Positions 32,794-40,936 of a stretch of 41,366 nucleotides of DNA are shown here, piece by piece. The notes under the pieces were generated by a model. The model worked only from the letters and a program-made list of their open reading frames with translations. It was not told the origin of the DNA and ran no database searches. Origin of the DNA: a virus; IMG/VR virus record IMGVR_UViG_3300044994_000093; one strand, given 5' to 3'. Each line of letters starts with the position of its first letter. Within the stretch, counting starts at the first letter, position 1. The position numbers and the translations under genes were made by a program.

Positions 32794-33276
32794 ATGCGCG
32801 TTCTGATTCCCATTTTAGCTTTTTTCCTACCTTCAGTATGCTTTGCAGAACCCGTTTGCAAGGTTCACGACGGCGACACGTTTAGGACTTGTTCCGGAAC
32901 CAGCGTCCGGATGAACGGCATCGATGCCCCAGAGCTCAAACAGCCCTATGGATACGTGGCCAGGGATGCTCTCCGGCGTATGATTCTCTATAAAGACGTC
33001 CAGCTCACCTGTAAGGGGAAATCATTTAAAAGACGAGTTTGCACGGCTACTTTGACCGGTCATGATATTGGTGAGGCGATGGTTCAGCAGGGCTATGCCT
33101 TCGATGCTACCCAGTTCAGCAAGGGACGCTACAAAACGAATGAGCGATCAGCACAAGCCAGACGAGTCGGACTTTGGGTGCAGCCCGATGGGGGCATCCG
33201 GCCATGGGACTGGCGCCGAGCACAAAGACAACGATACGCTGACCGTCGAGCAAGCAAGGCAATTGCTGGCGATTGA
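32794..33276 (+). CDS. Secreted staphylococcal-nuclease-like (thermonuclease) protein
   Basis: Signal peptide MRVLIPILAFFLPSVCFA. SNase motifs VHDGDTF and RMNGIDAPE. Confidence 0.75.
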   Translation: MRVLIPILAFFLPSVCFAEPVCKVHDGDTFRTCSGTSVRMNGIDAPELKQPYGYVARDALRRMILYKDVQLTCKGKSFKRRVCTATLTGHDIGEAMVQQGYAFDATQFSKGRYKTNERSAQARRVGLWVQPDGGIRPWDWRRAQRQRYADRRASKAIAGD

Positions 33277-33496
33277 AGCGCCAAAAAGATTTGATATAGA
33301 TACTTCAAAGCCTTATTCAGTCCTGATTCGTTCATCTGGCCAGGGTGACTATAGGTTCGTCATCGATATCGAAGGCTATACCAGCTACAGCATTCATCGG
33401 GGTGGCGTCTGGCGAAATATTTCCAGGTCTGAGCGTGATGTTTTCAGAAAAGCCCTGGGCGGATTGCTTCAGAAAACGTTCAAACCCAAATCCTAG
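33263..33496 (+). CDS. Possible small protein (~77 aa) overlapping the nuclease 3' end; start uncertain (TTG 33263)
   Basis: The frame stays open to 33496 with protein-like sequence (SKPYSVLIRSSGQGDYRFVIDIEGYTSYSIHRGGVWRNISRSERDVFRKAL). There is no ATG after the nuclease stop. Confidence 0.3.
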   Translation: MLAIEAPKRFDIDTSKPYSVLIRSSGQGDYRFVIDIEGYTSYSIHRGGVWRNISRSERDVFRKALGGLLQKTFKPKS

Positions 33497-33545
33497 CGGC
33501 GAAACGAACTGCCCAAAAAAAAATTTAACAAATCGCCGATTATCG

Positions 33546-33598
33546 GGGTTGCGCGTCACCCGCATTCCGGAGGCCCCGGAAGGACCCAATTTTTTTTG
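33546..33598 (+). terminator. Putative intrinsic terminator (possibly bidirectional) between the nuclease block and higBA
   Basis: GC-rich branched hairpin (inner stem TTCCGG-AGGCC-CCGGAA, outer GGGTT/GGACC) followed by AATTTTTTTT. An A9 run at 33515..33523 lies on the other side. Confidence 0.4.
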
Positions 33599-33611
33599 AA
33601 GGGCTGAATCC

Positions 33612-33670
33612 TACACATAGTGTAACATTGGGGCCTTAAGGCTTTAAAACTGTATAAGTGTATGATACAG
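33612..33670 (+). promoter_or_regulatory. higBA promoter region with two palindromes (candidate HigA operators)
   Basis: TACAC-ATA-GTGTA (33612..33624) and CTGTAT-9 nt-ATACAG (33650..33670), just upstream of the higB ATG. Confidence 0.45.
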
Positions 33671-33680
33671 TGATAACATC

Positions 33681-33971
33681 ATGATTAAGACATTCGCTAA
33701 CAAGCTCGCCGAAAATCTGTTTCACGGCAGATCATCCAAGGAAACCCGCAAGTTTCCGCATGAGTTGCATCGTCGGTCAGAGCTTTTATTGGATGCCTTA
33801 AACGCTGCCACCGAACTGCAGGACATGGCTTCACCGCCGGGCAACCGACTGGAGAAGCTATCGGGAGAGCTGCAGGACAAGTACAGCGTGCGAATCAATG
33901 ATCAATGGCGGATTGTCTTCCGCTTTGAGAATGGAAACGCCCATGAGGTAGAAATACTCGACTATCACTAG
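33681..33971 (+). CDS. higB: HigB toxin (RelE/ParE superfamily, plasmid maintenance system killer)
   Basis: 96 aa. PPGNRLEKLSGELQDKYSVRINDQWRIVFRFENGNAHEVEILDYH is the recalled HigB signature. Confidence 0.85.
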   Translation: MIKTFANKLAENLFHGRSSKETRKFPHELHRRSELLLDALNAATELQDMASPPGNRLEKLSGELQDKYSVRINDQWRIVFRFENGNAHEVEILDYH

Positions 33972-34038
33972 CAAAACCGACTAGCACCAGGCGCAATTAA
34001 GGTGAAGGATTGGACCAGTAACTAGGAGTTCGTGAGAC

Positions 34039-34326
34039 ATGCGCCCGAAAGAAAGGAAACCAGCTCATCCTGGAGAAATTTTGGAAGAGTTGTATATAAA
34101 GCCCCTTGGTTTAAGCCAAGGACAGATTGCAGCGCACCTTGGTATTCAACGTGGACAATTAAATAATATAATCCACGGCAAACAGGGTGTTACTCCGCGT
34201 CTTGCTCTGCGATTAGCAGACGCGTTTGGTACCACACCAGAGTTTTGGATGAATCTACAATCCAATTGTGAGCTCTGGGAAGCAGCTAGAAAGCATGAAA
34301 GAATCACCGCTTTAGTAGCAGTCTAG
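34039..34326 (+). CDS. higA: HigA antitoxin (XRE HTH)
   Basis: 95 aa. HPGEILEELYIKPLGLSQGQIAAHLGIQRGQLNNIIHGKQGVTPRLALRLADAFGTTPEFWMNLQ. Confidence 0.85.
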   Translation: MRPKERKPAHPGEILEELYIKPLGLSQGQIAAHLGIQRGQLNNIIHGKQGVTPRLALRLADAFGTTPEFWMNLQSNCELWEAARKHERITALVAV

Positions 34327-35183
34327 CCCCACTGGCTGTACGAGCCGAGCTTGCCCTGGCGGAAGAGGGCGCGCTTGGTGTCTCGGTCGATGTTGAAGTC
34401 GGCGGTATCCACGTTCTTAACTGGTGAGGCCAGGTCATACAACCGTGGGTCGATGACCTTGAGCTTGGCGAACCTTGCCAGGGCCATGCGATGACGGGTG
34501 GCTGCCGTCACCTCGTAGGCATAGAGCGCCCGCTTGAGCAAACCATTCGGCGTGGTGTCACCGCCTCGGTTGACTGTGCCAGGGAAGCCAAGGACGATGG
34601 CGGTCACGTCGGCGTCAGCAGGCAGAAAACTCAATGGTGGATGCTCACCAAGGCCGCCATCCATCCAGCGGCGTGAATCGGCTACCAGGCCAGGCAGGGC
34701 CATCGAACGTGTGAGAACCGTGCCAAAGCCCAGGTCCGTGAATGCGTTTTCCACCCATACGGTTTTGACGGTGGCCGATTCAATCACGCCCTCTGGTTTA
34801 CGATGGCAGTAGAGCACCTGGGCGTTGTCTTCCGCATCCCAGGCATTGATGACCAGGCCGTTGACCGGTTCAAGCTGAAGGCTGTCCAGGTAGGCCGCTA
34901 CCCGGTTGAGCTCTACTGGCTTGGCCAGAATGCCAAGCTCTCGAATTTTCCATGGAATCCAGCCGCTCAACAGGCCTTTGAAATCAGACCGCTCGAAAAA
35001 ACTGGCCATCTCCAAAGGGCTCCAGTGATTGGCAGCCAGGGCCGCTACCAGGGCGCCAAATGAATCGCCAGTGATGATGTCATAGCGATGCGGGTGATAG
35101 TGCCCCATCATCTCGCCTGCGCGTAACACGCCAGCCAGGGCGATGCCTCGAACGCCGCCACCGGCGATGGAAAGTGCTTTCAT
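34323..35183 (-). CDS. Patatin-like phospholipase
   Basis: 286 aa from ATG 35183 (ATGA overlap with the endolysin stop). Oxyanion motif GGGVRG, nucleophile GDSFG, catalytic Asp in MDGGLGEH. No signal peptide or TM segment. The upstream part of the track ORF is Arg-rich junk. Confidence 0.8.
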   Translation of the reverse strand: MKALSIAGGGVRGIALAGVLRAGEMMGHYHPHRYDIITGDSFGALVAALAANHWSPLEMASFFERSDFKGLLSGWIPWKIRELGILAKPVELNRVAAYLDSLQLEPVNGLVINAWDAEDNAQVLYCHRKPEGVIESATVKTVWVENAFTDLGFGTVLTRSMALPGLVADSRRWMDGGLGEHPPLSFLPADADVTAIVLGFPGTVNRGGDTTPNGLLKRALYAYEVTAATRHRMALARFAKLKVIDPRLYDLASPVKNVDTADFNIDRDTKRALFRQGKLGSYSQWG

Positions 35184-35611
35184 GGATACGTCCACCGTGC
35201 TCTCTTGGGCCTCGTGTCGATATGGCACCAGGTGTTGGCCTTGCCGTAGCCTCCGGGCCAATTGTCCAGGTCGAGCGTTTTCTGCTCTCTGGCTGAACAA
35301 TCGAAATCGACTGCCGTGGCCAGCAGGTGCTCGCTTTTTTCGCCGCCGCCCGCCTGGGCGTTGGCCACCGGGCAAGAATAGCCGCGATTCGGAACCACCC
35401 GCCTGCCGAGTTTGGAATTAAAGCGTTCCAGGTGCCCGGCCAGGGTTTTGAGGCGCTCTGTGTAGAGTTTTTGCTTGTCGACCGGCAGACACCCAAAGTA
35501 GTCCCAGGAAAGCTGGTCAAACACCCGTCTGCCGTTGATGAGTCGCACAAAAAAGTGTTGCAGCTGGTACTGGGGGCTCAGGTGGTCCGTCAGTTTATAA
35601 ATATGGGGCAT
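35180..35611 (-). CDS. Endolysin, peptidase M15 family (zinc D-Ala-D-Ala carboxypeptidase / L-Ala-D-Glu peptidase type)
   Basis: 143 aa from ATG 35611 (AGGAGG lies 5 nt upstream). Motifs RGYSCPVANAQAGGGEKSEHLLATAVDF and WCHIDTRP. Confidence 0.8.
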   Translation of the reverse strand: MPHIYKLTDHLSPQYQLQHFFVRLINGRRVFDQLSWDYFGCLPVDKQKLYTERLKTLAGHLERFNSKLGRRVVPNRGYSCPVANAQAGGGEKSEHLLATAVDFDCSAREQKTLDLDNWPGGYGKANTWCHIDTRPKRARWTYP

Positions 35612-35624
35612 GGCTGCCTCCTGA

Positions 35625-37055
35625 TTAGGTGAGTGCAGTGACACAGGCCGCGGCGTTGGTTGCGCCGATGGCGACCCCGGCGGCCTTGGGATGAATCTTG
35701 TCGGTCTCGTAGTACGTCGTGTTGGCCGGGTCGTCCCCGTCATCGAAATACTCGTTATTGCCCCACTGGGACAGCGCATTGATGCCATAGGCCGATGGAT
35801 TGGCCTCAACAGCGGCGATTAAGTCCCGGATTTTGGCTGTAATGGCAACCGATGTCCGGGCAATCGGCAGCGAGTACCCCAGAGGCATCCCGTGGTGGTA
35901 ACTTTTCCATTGGGCTGCCAACGCGGTAAGGCGCTCTAAGGTGGTGGCCACCGTCTGGCCATTGGGCAATAAACCGCCAGAGGTATCGGTGGTAAGGTCA
36001 TTGGTGCCAGCGTGAAGCAACCCGATGACGTCGAGTCGTGAGGATTCCGGCACATAAAGATCCGTGGCGATTCTGGCCCAGTGGGTAGTGCGTAGCGTTT
36101 CCAAGGTGGCGCCATCCACTCCCAGGCTGTGAACGTAATCGGTGGCATTACCGCCCAGCTCGACGGCCAGCTTGGCATAGAGCTTGTCGGCTTCGGCCAC
36201 GATGTTGCTGTTGAAGCTGATGGAATCACCGGTTAGCAACACCAGGCGATTGAGCAGTACGCCAGGACGAATGTTCTGGTCGATGTTCTGGGTGAGCCCC
36301 CACATTTGCGCATCCGTCCAAACACCTGGTCCGATTAGTAGCGTGTCAAAATGCCCTAAAAAGAAATTACCAGCGCCTAAATTAGAACCTAAAAGGCTAT
36401 TTTGAGCACGAGAATTGGTGATAGTGGTTCCGCTGCCAACAGCTGACCCAAAGTTCTCAATAGTGCCCACGCGATAGCCGCCTCGATAGAGACGAGCGCG
36501 TCGGTTAATATAATCGACGGTACCGCCGTAAACCTGCCATTTGCTGGCATCGTTTAAATAGCCTGCTGTTGCGGTAGACGTTGTATCCGCGTCGAGTTTT
36601 CTACCTTGGACTTTGACGCCGCTAGCGGTAAGGTTCAAACCGGCCCGGTTGATACTACCCGATGCGGCGGTACTCATTGACCATATGCAACGCTCTGCAG
36701 AAAAATTATCTGATTTTACAAGCGCCAAGACAGAATAACCATTAGCACCATTGAGTAAATCCCTGATAGACGTATCCCCGAACAAATGGCGAGCGCCATC
36801 GAGGTATAACGCTTGTCGGCTGTCTACGCTTTCAGGTAACGGCATTCTGGCATCTGTCATCGTTTCAAAGTAACTAGCCGTGTTTCGACTTGTCCAACGC
36901 TGTACTCGTCCGCCATTAGCTTCTTTAGGCGTTATGCCTTGGGTTGAGTCCATCCAGATAAGCCCAGGAATTGAGAGCGGATCGACAGGACCCAGGCCAG
37001 ACTGGCCCATAAACCCGGATATTCCGGACATTCCCGATAACCCGCTGAGTCCCAT
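35625..37055 (-). CDS. Tail-associated protein with a collagen-like Gly-X-Y N-terminus, a LamG / ConA-like lectin domain, and a C-terminal SGNH (GDSL) hydrolase
   Basis: N-terminus has 7 G-X-Y triplets (GLSGLSGMSGISGFMGQSGLG). SGNH blocks LLTGDSIS, HAGTNDL and DKIHP. The LamG call is by eye only. Confidence 0.65.
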   Translation of the reverse strand: MGLSGLSGMSGISGFMGQSGLGPVDPLSIPGLIWMDSTQGITPKEANGGRVQRWTSRNTASYFETMTDARMPLPESVDSRQALYLDGARHLFGDTSIRDLLNGANGYSVLALVKSDNFSAERCIWSMSTAASGSINRAGLNLTASGVKVQGRKLDADTTSTATAGYLNDASKWQVYGGTVDYINRRARLYRGGYRVGTIENFGSAVGSGTTITNSRAQNSLLGSNLGAGNFFLGHFDTLLIGPGVWTDAQMWGLTQNIDQNIRPGVLLNRLVLLTGDSISFNSNIVAEADKLYAKLAVELGGNATDYVHSLGVDGATLETLRTTHWARIATDLYVPESSRLDVIGLLHAGTNDLTTDTSGGLLPNGQTVATTLERLTALAAQWKSYHHGMPLGYSLPIARTSVAITAKIRDLIAAVEANPSAYGINALSQWGNNEYFDDGDDPANTTYYETDKIHPKAAGVAIGATNAAACVTALT

Positions 37056-37060
37056 GCCGT

Positions 37061-37384
37061 TTAATCCCTATGCATTAATAAATCCTGAATCGTCACCGTA
37101 TTGCGATTAATCGCCTGAGTGCAGTGGTCGACCGCGCTGCATACTTTGGTCATTGCCTCGGTATTGCGTTCGACGATGCCTGCAAACCGGTCCTTGTCGG
37201 CCTTGTGCTCTTCGCACCGGATCCGTAATTCATCACACTTGGAGTCGTTGACCTGCTTGATAAACAGCAACAACTTGGTGACCAATACCGCCACACCGGT
37301 AAAAAAGACACTAATAATGACCGCTAATTGCCCGCCGTACTCACTCAGGGCTTTTAAAATAACTGGATCAAACCCATCCACCAC
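37061..37384 (-). CDS. Single-TM protein with a charged C-terminal domain (holin candidate or fibre-associated membrane protein)
   Basis: 107 aa, GTG start. TM segment LAVIISVFFTGVAVLVTKLLLFI. Confidence 0.4.
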   Translation of the reverse strand: MVDGFDPVILKALSEYGGQLAVIISVFFTGVAVLVTKLLLFIKQVNDSKCDELRIRCEEHKADKDRFAGIVERNTEAMTKVCSAVDHCTQAINRNTVTIQDLLMHRD

Positions 37385-37444
37385 GCATTATCCACTTCTC
37401 TCTGCCTTGCTGGGTGACCACACACACCCGCATAAGGCTTTGTT

Positions 37445-37786
37445 TTAAATCGTGCCGCCGATTGTCACGCTGGTTTGAGCGCCATTAGCTGCAAACGCCG
37501 CCGAAATCGAATCAGCCACAATGTGGTCAAGGGGATACCAGCCAGGGCCTGGCTTGGAAACATAAACGAGCTCCGTGTATGAGCCAGCGGTAATTGTGAT
37601 CACGCCATCGCCGCTGAATCCCGACTCTTTGACCGACCAACGGAGCATCCCGCCCTTGACCGAGTCGTTCGAGACGCCGGTTTTCGTCAGGGTGGCCGTC
37701 AGCAGCGTGTTGCTTCCGGATACACTGTCAATCAGGTCATAGTTTGAGCCTTTAGGGCCTTTGTTCTGGATGACGGTTTGAGCCAT
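37445..37786 (-). CDS. Hypothetical beta-rich protein (tail fibre region)
   Basis: 113-aa ORF downstream of the fibre genes. Confidence 0.5.
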   Translation of the reverse strand: MAQTVIQNKGPKGSNYDLIDSVSGSNTLLTATLTKTGVSNDSVKGGMLRWSVKESGFSGDGVITITAGSYTELVYVSKPGPGWYPLDHIVADSISAAFAANGAQTSVTIGGTI

Positions 37787-37792
37787 GCCGGT

Positions 37793-38206
37793 TTAACTCC
37801 CTGTCATAACCGCTAAAATCTGCGCCTTGCCATCGGTAATGGCCGCCTCGACCTCCGGCGACAAATTGTACTGGGCCACGATGGCCGGGATACTCACATT
37901 CTGGATGACGGCAAGAGCTGCCTCTTCCAGGCCGTAGGTCCGCAGTGAATCCACTTTGGAGATGGCCTCGGCAAAGATAGCCTGGAGAGAGGGGTCAAAG
38001 GACTGAATCACCGCAATGAGCGCCTCAGTTTTATTGACGGGCTTTGGCTCAAAATCTTCCTCAGCCGGGCCTGCCTCCGGAACGTCGACGAGCTCGTAAA
38101 CCTCCGGGTCGTATTGCCCGGCAAAGTCCCAGCATGCAAACATCCGCTCACCATTAGATGAACGCTTAAATAGGCCAGATACTTTGTGTTGTAACGCTTT
38201 CATCAA
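37793..38206 (-). CDS. Hypothetical protein (occupies the fibre-assembly/chaperone position)
   Basis: 137-aa ORF starting 1-2 nt after the tail fibre stop. Confidence 0.5.
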   Translation of the reverse strand: MMKALQHKVSGLFKRSSNGERMFACWDFAGQYDPEVYELVDVPEAGPAEEDFEPKPVNKTEALIAVIQSFDPSLQAIFAEAISKVDSLRTYGLEEAALAVIQNVSIPAIVAQYNLSPEVEAAITDGKAQILAVMTGS

Positions 38207-38207
38207 A

Positions 38208-39197
38208 TTAAAGCCTCATCATAAATCCAAAGGCAGTGATAAACGCCAGGAAGTCGGTCGTTGTACCGTTCTTGCGCCATTCAAAATCACCGCTGGAATC
38301 GCAAAGAATGATCTGATCCATGTTGACATCACCTGATACGCCACCACCTGTGGTGCCTCGGATGATGGTGCTATGTTGAGGCCCGGTGGAACCCTTAACC
38401 CGTACTTCCAACCGGTCGACACCTGCAGCGCCTGGTGTGGTTTGTGTGTAGGCATCGCCGTGGTATATCAACTCTCGCATGCCTGGGGCGGCTGCTGGCA
38501 CGTACGCGCCGCTGGTACTGGTGCTGTTCCAGGTGCCAGACGTGCCATCCACCGCGTTAACGATGATGCGGTACACATCCCACTGCACTTCTTTGTCCGG
38601 GCCTTTACCACGGCAATAAAACTTGAGAATGTTCCCAGAGCCGTCGGTCTGCACAGCGCCCACCAGGCGCTTATAGGTGGTGTACCCGCTTGGCAGCGTT
38701 GGCGCCGAGAAACTGGTTGAATACACAAACCCGGTACCGGATGCGCCTTTGCACATCCAGACGGCGTACCATGTGCTGTTGGCTTTGGTTCCTGCGTCGA
38801 TGGAATTAATCCCGACGGCCGTGTTGAGTGTCACGTTCTGGGTGCTGGTGATTTCCATCACGGCTGCGCCGGTGGCATCCACACAACGTCCGGTTTGCAT
38901 CTGGATCGTGTTGGCGTTCACCCAGAGCATTTCCAAGCCGTACAGATAGCCCGGAATAATGCCACGCAGGGACTGAATCGCCAGAAACAACTGGTTAAAT
39001 GCGGTTTTATCCAGGGTAATGCCTGCGCCCTCGATGACGTTGGCAATCTCTTCCTGGATGTGATTACACCAGTCCGGCGTTACCAGCGTACCCTTGGGAG
39101 CGCCTGATGTCGGGTACTGGCGAAAATATCCCGGAGTAGCCAGGTCTTCGGGTGTCGGTAAAACGCCAACATTGGTTGTATGGTCAATACGTTGCAC
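38208..39197 (-). CDS. Tail fibre / receptor-binding protein
   Basis: 329 aa. N-terminus TPGYFRQYPTSGAPKGTLVTPDWCNHIQEEIANVIEGAGITLDKTAFNQLFLAIQ is the conserved fibre N-terminal pattern. Follows the gp48-like gene. Confidence 0.7.
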   Translation of the reverse strand: MQRIDHTTNVGVLPTPEDLATPGYFRQYPTSGAPKGTLVTPDWCNHIQEEIANVIEGAGITLDKTAFNQLFLAIQSLRGIIPGYLYGLEMLWVNANTIQMQTGRCVDATGAAVMEITSTQNVTLNTAVGINSIDAGTKANSTWYAVWMCKGASGTGFVYSTSFSAPTLPSGYTTYKRLVGAVQTDGSGNILKFYCRGKGPDKEVQWDVYRIIVNAVDGTSGTWNSTSTSGAYVPAAAPGMRELIYHGDAYTQTTPGAAGVDRLEVRVKGSTGPQHSTIIRGTTGGGVSGDVNMDQIILCDSSGDFEWRKNGTTTDFLAFITAFGFMMRL

Positions 39198-39262
39198 AGG
39201 ACGGTCCTCCTGTGACTACCATACCCGCCCTGGCCGCCGTGTTGGGGTGTCACGCCACGGGG

Positions 39263-39859
39263 TTATGAATAACTGAATTCTAGAATCGTGTGGGCTGGTT
39301 TGATTTTATTCAGAGCGCATTCGAGCTGGTCGTTGTTGAACGTCCACAGGTGCTCACCTGCCAGGCTCTGGCCAGCATAAAACAGGGTGCTGCTGGTGGC
39401 CGGTGCGTTGACCTGCCAGTAGTGGATGGCCGATTCGTCCATGACCATCTCACCGGCGTAGCTCTGGCCAGCGCGAAACGGCCGGTACTCGGTGATGGTG
39501 ATTTCAAACCCAAGCCGTTCCGCCACGTCGATAAAGTACTGAGGCGTCTGTTTGCCGATTTGCGTCAGCTTGGCCACAATCGCATTGCGTCGTTGCTGCA
39601 ATGTTTCCAGCTGGCCAGTACACGCATCAGGCAAACCGAGAACACGCTCCCAGTCTTCCAACAGCTCGATGGTGGTTCTCGGGTCGACCTCCTCGATCAG
39701 GTCCCAGGCACGGCCATCGATTCGAGCCGGTTCCTCGCTGATGGCCTTAAGGGTTTCGGCTTGTTTGCTGTCAGCCTTATAAACGCTGTTCCAGGCCCAT
39801 CCCTGGGGCCACAAACCTATCAGCTGCTGAAAATAGTCGGAAGCGCGTAAGCGTGGCAT
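39263..39859 (-). CDS. Baseplate / tail protein, Mu gp48-like (DUF2313)
   Basis: 198 aa. Contains YFQQLIGLWPQGWAWN...EVDPRTTIELLEDWERVLGLPD. Confidence 0.75.
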   Translation of the reverse strand: MPRLRASDYFQQLIGLWPQGWAWNSVYKADSKQAETLKAISEEPARIDGRAWDLIEEVDPRTTIELLEDWERVLGLPDACTGQLETLQQRRNAIVAKLTQIGKQTPQYFIDVAERLGFEITITEYRPFRAGQSYAGEMVMDESAIHYWQVNAPATSSTLFYAGQSLAGEHLWTFNNDQLECALNKIKPAHTILEFSYS

Positions 39860-39871
39860 TATGTATCGTCC

Positions 39872-40936
39872 TTACGTCCAGGTAATCGTGCCCATAGTGG
39901 CAATCTGCCCGGTGGTATGCGTTACGTTGGCATTGGGCGTGGTCAGAACATGATCAGTCTCACCGGCCGCAATCGAGATGGCCTCACGAATCCGACTGAC
40001 AAGAATCGTACCGCCTGGCTTTGCATCACGCCTGAGCATATCCTTAAGCTCAGCCTCGACCGCTGCCCGGATTTCGGCTGTGTCATCGGTGCCCAGGTCG
40101 ATGGTGAAGTTCATCGGTGCCGCAATAGGCGCCACTGCGGTCACATCCGCCGTCACTGGACGAACGCTCTCCAGGTACGTCTGGACAGTGGTCACGTCGC
40201 CTGCCAATGGGATGCCATTGGTATAGGTATCATCCATCATAAAACGGACGATGACCGTACCCTCACCCTCTTCCAGCGGATAAACCCACACGCGGGTAAC
40301 GCCTGCCACCGATAACGTCCAGGCCTCGTAGTCGAATTTGGCGCCGCCGTGTGGCGGTTCCTGAATGCGGGCCAGTAATCGCGCCCGCAGGCTGTCGTCG
40401 GATTCGGTATCGGTACCGCCGGTCAGAGCGCTGGTGGTTCCGGTGGCATTGGCTCCGGAGACTGGCGAGGAAAAACTTAGCACCGTGTTGATGGCTGCGT
40501 TCCCAGCTTCCGCCGCCGTGCTGGCTTCGATGGCGATGGCAACAGTACCGCCGGAGATGATGCCACTGGCCGTGGTCACGTACTCAAGGCCATCGCCACG
40601 GCGTAGTACCGTGCCCGAATCGATAACCGTCCCATTGCTGCCGGTGATGGTCACCGTGCCGGTGGCCTTGGTGGCCGCCTTGCGAGAAATTGCCCAGATG
40701 GCCGCCCACCGGTCGAGAAACTCGGTGATGGCCGAGTCGGGAAACACCTGGCGCGAAATAAAATCGAGAAACCCATATAACCCGTGGGCCAATCCGGCGA
40801 GGACGCGGCCAATGACCGTAAGCGCTGCCCGCCGCAGTCGGCTGTCTGCCCCAGATAAACGGCTGTTGATGTCGGTTTGTACCCGGTCAATCAGTGTCTG
40901 CAGGCTTGGCCTGGAAAATCCGGAATCGAACGACAT
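39872..40936 (-). CDS. Baseplate J-like protein (Mu gp47)
   Basis: 354 aa. Contains GGTDTESDDSLRARLLARIQEPPHGG. Positioned between the gp46 and gp48 equivalents. Confidence 0.8.
   Translation of the reverse strand: MSFDSGFSRPSLQTLIDRVQTDINSRLSGADSRLRRAALTVIGRVLAGLAHGLYGFLDFISRQVFPDSAITEFLDRWAAIWAISRKAATKATGTVTITGSNGTVIDSGTVLRRGDGLEYVTTASGIISGGTVAIAIEASTAAEAGNAAINTVLSFSSPVSGANATGTTSALTGGTDTESDDSLRARLLARIQEPPHGGAKFDYEAWTLSVAGVTRVWVYPLEEGEGTVIVRFMMDDTYTNGIPLAGDVTTVQTYLESVRPVTADVTAVAPIAAPMNFTIDLGTDDTAEIRAAVEAELKDMLRRDAKPGGTILVSRIREAISIAAGETDHVLTTPNANVTHTTGQIATMGTITWT

Noticed and set aside
35180-35809. N-terminal extensions of the endolysin ORF (to 35809) and of the patatin ORF (34323..35375).
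   Set aside because: The extensions overlap the upstream genes and translate to Arg/Pro/Thr-rich junk. The internal ATGs at 35611 (AGGAGG upstream) and 35183 (ATGA coupling) coincide with the start of the recognisable domains.
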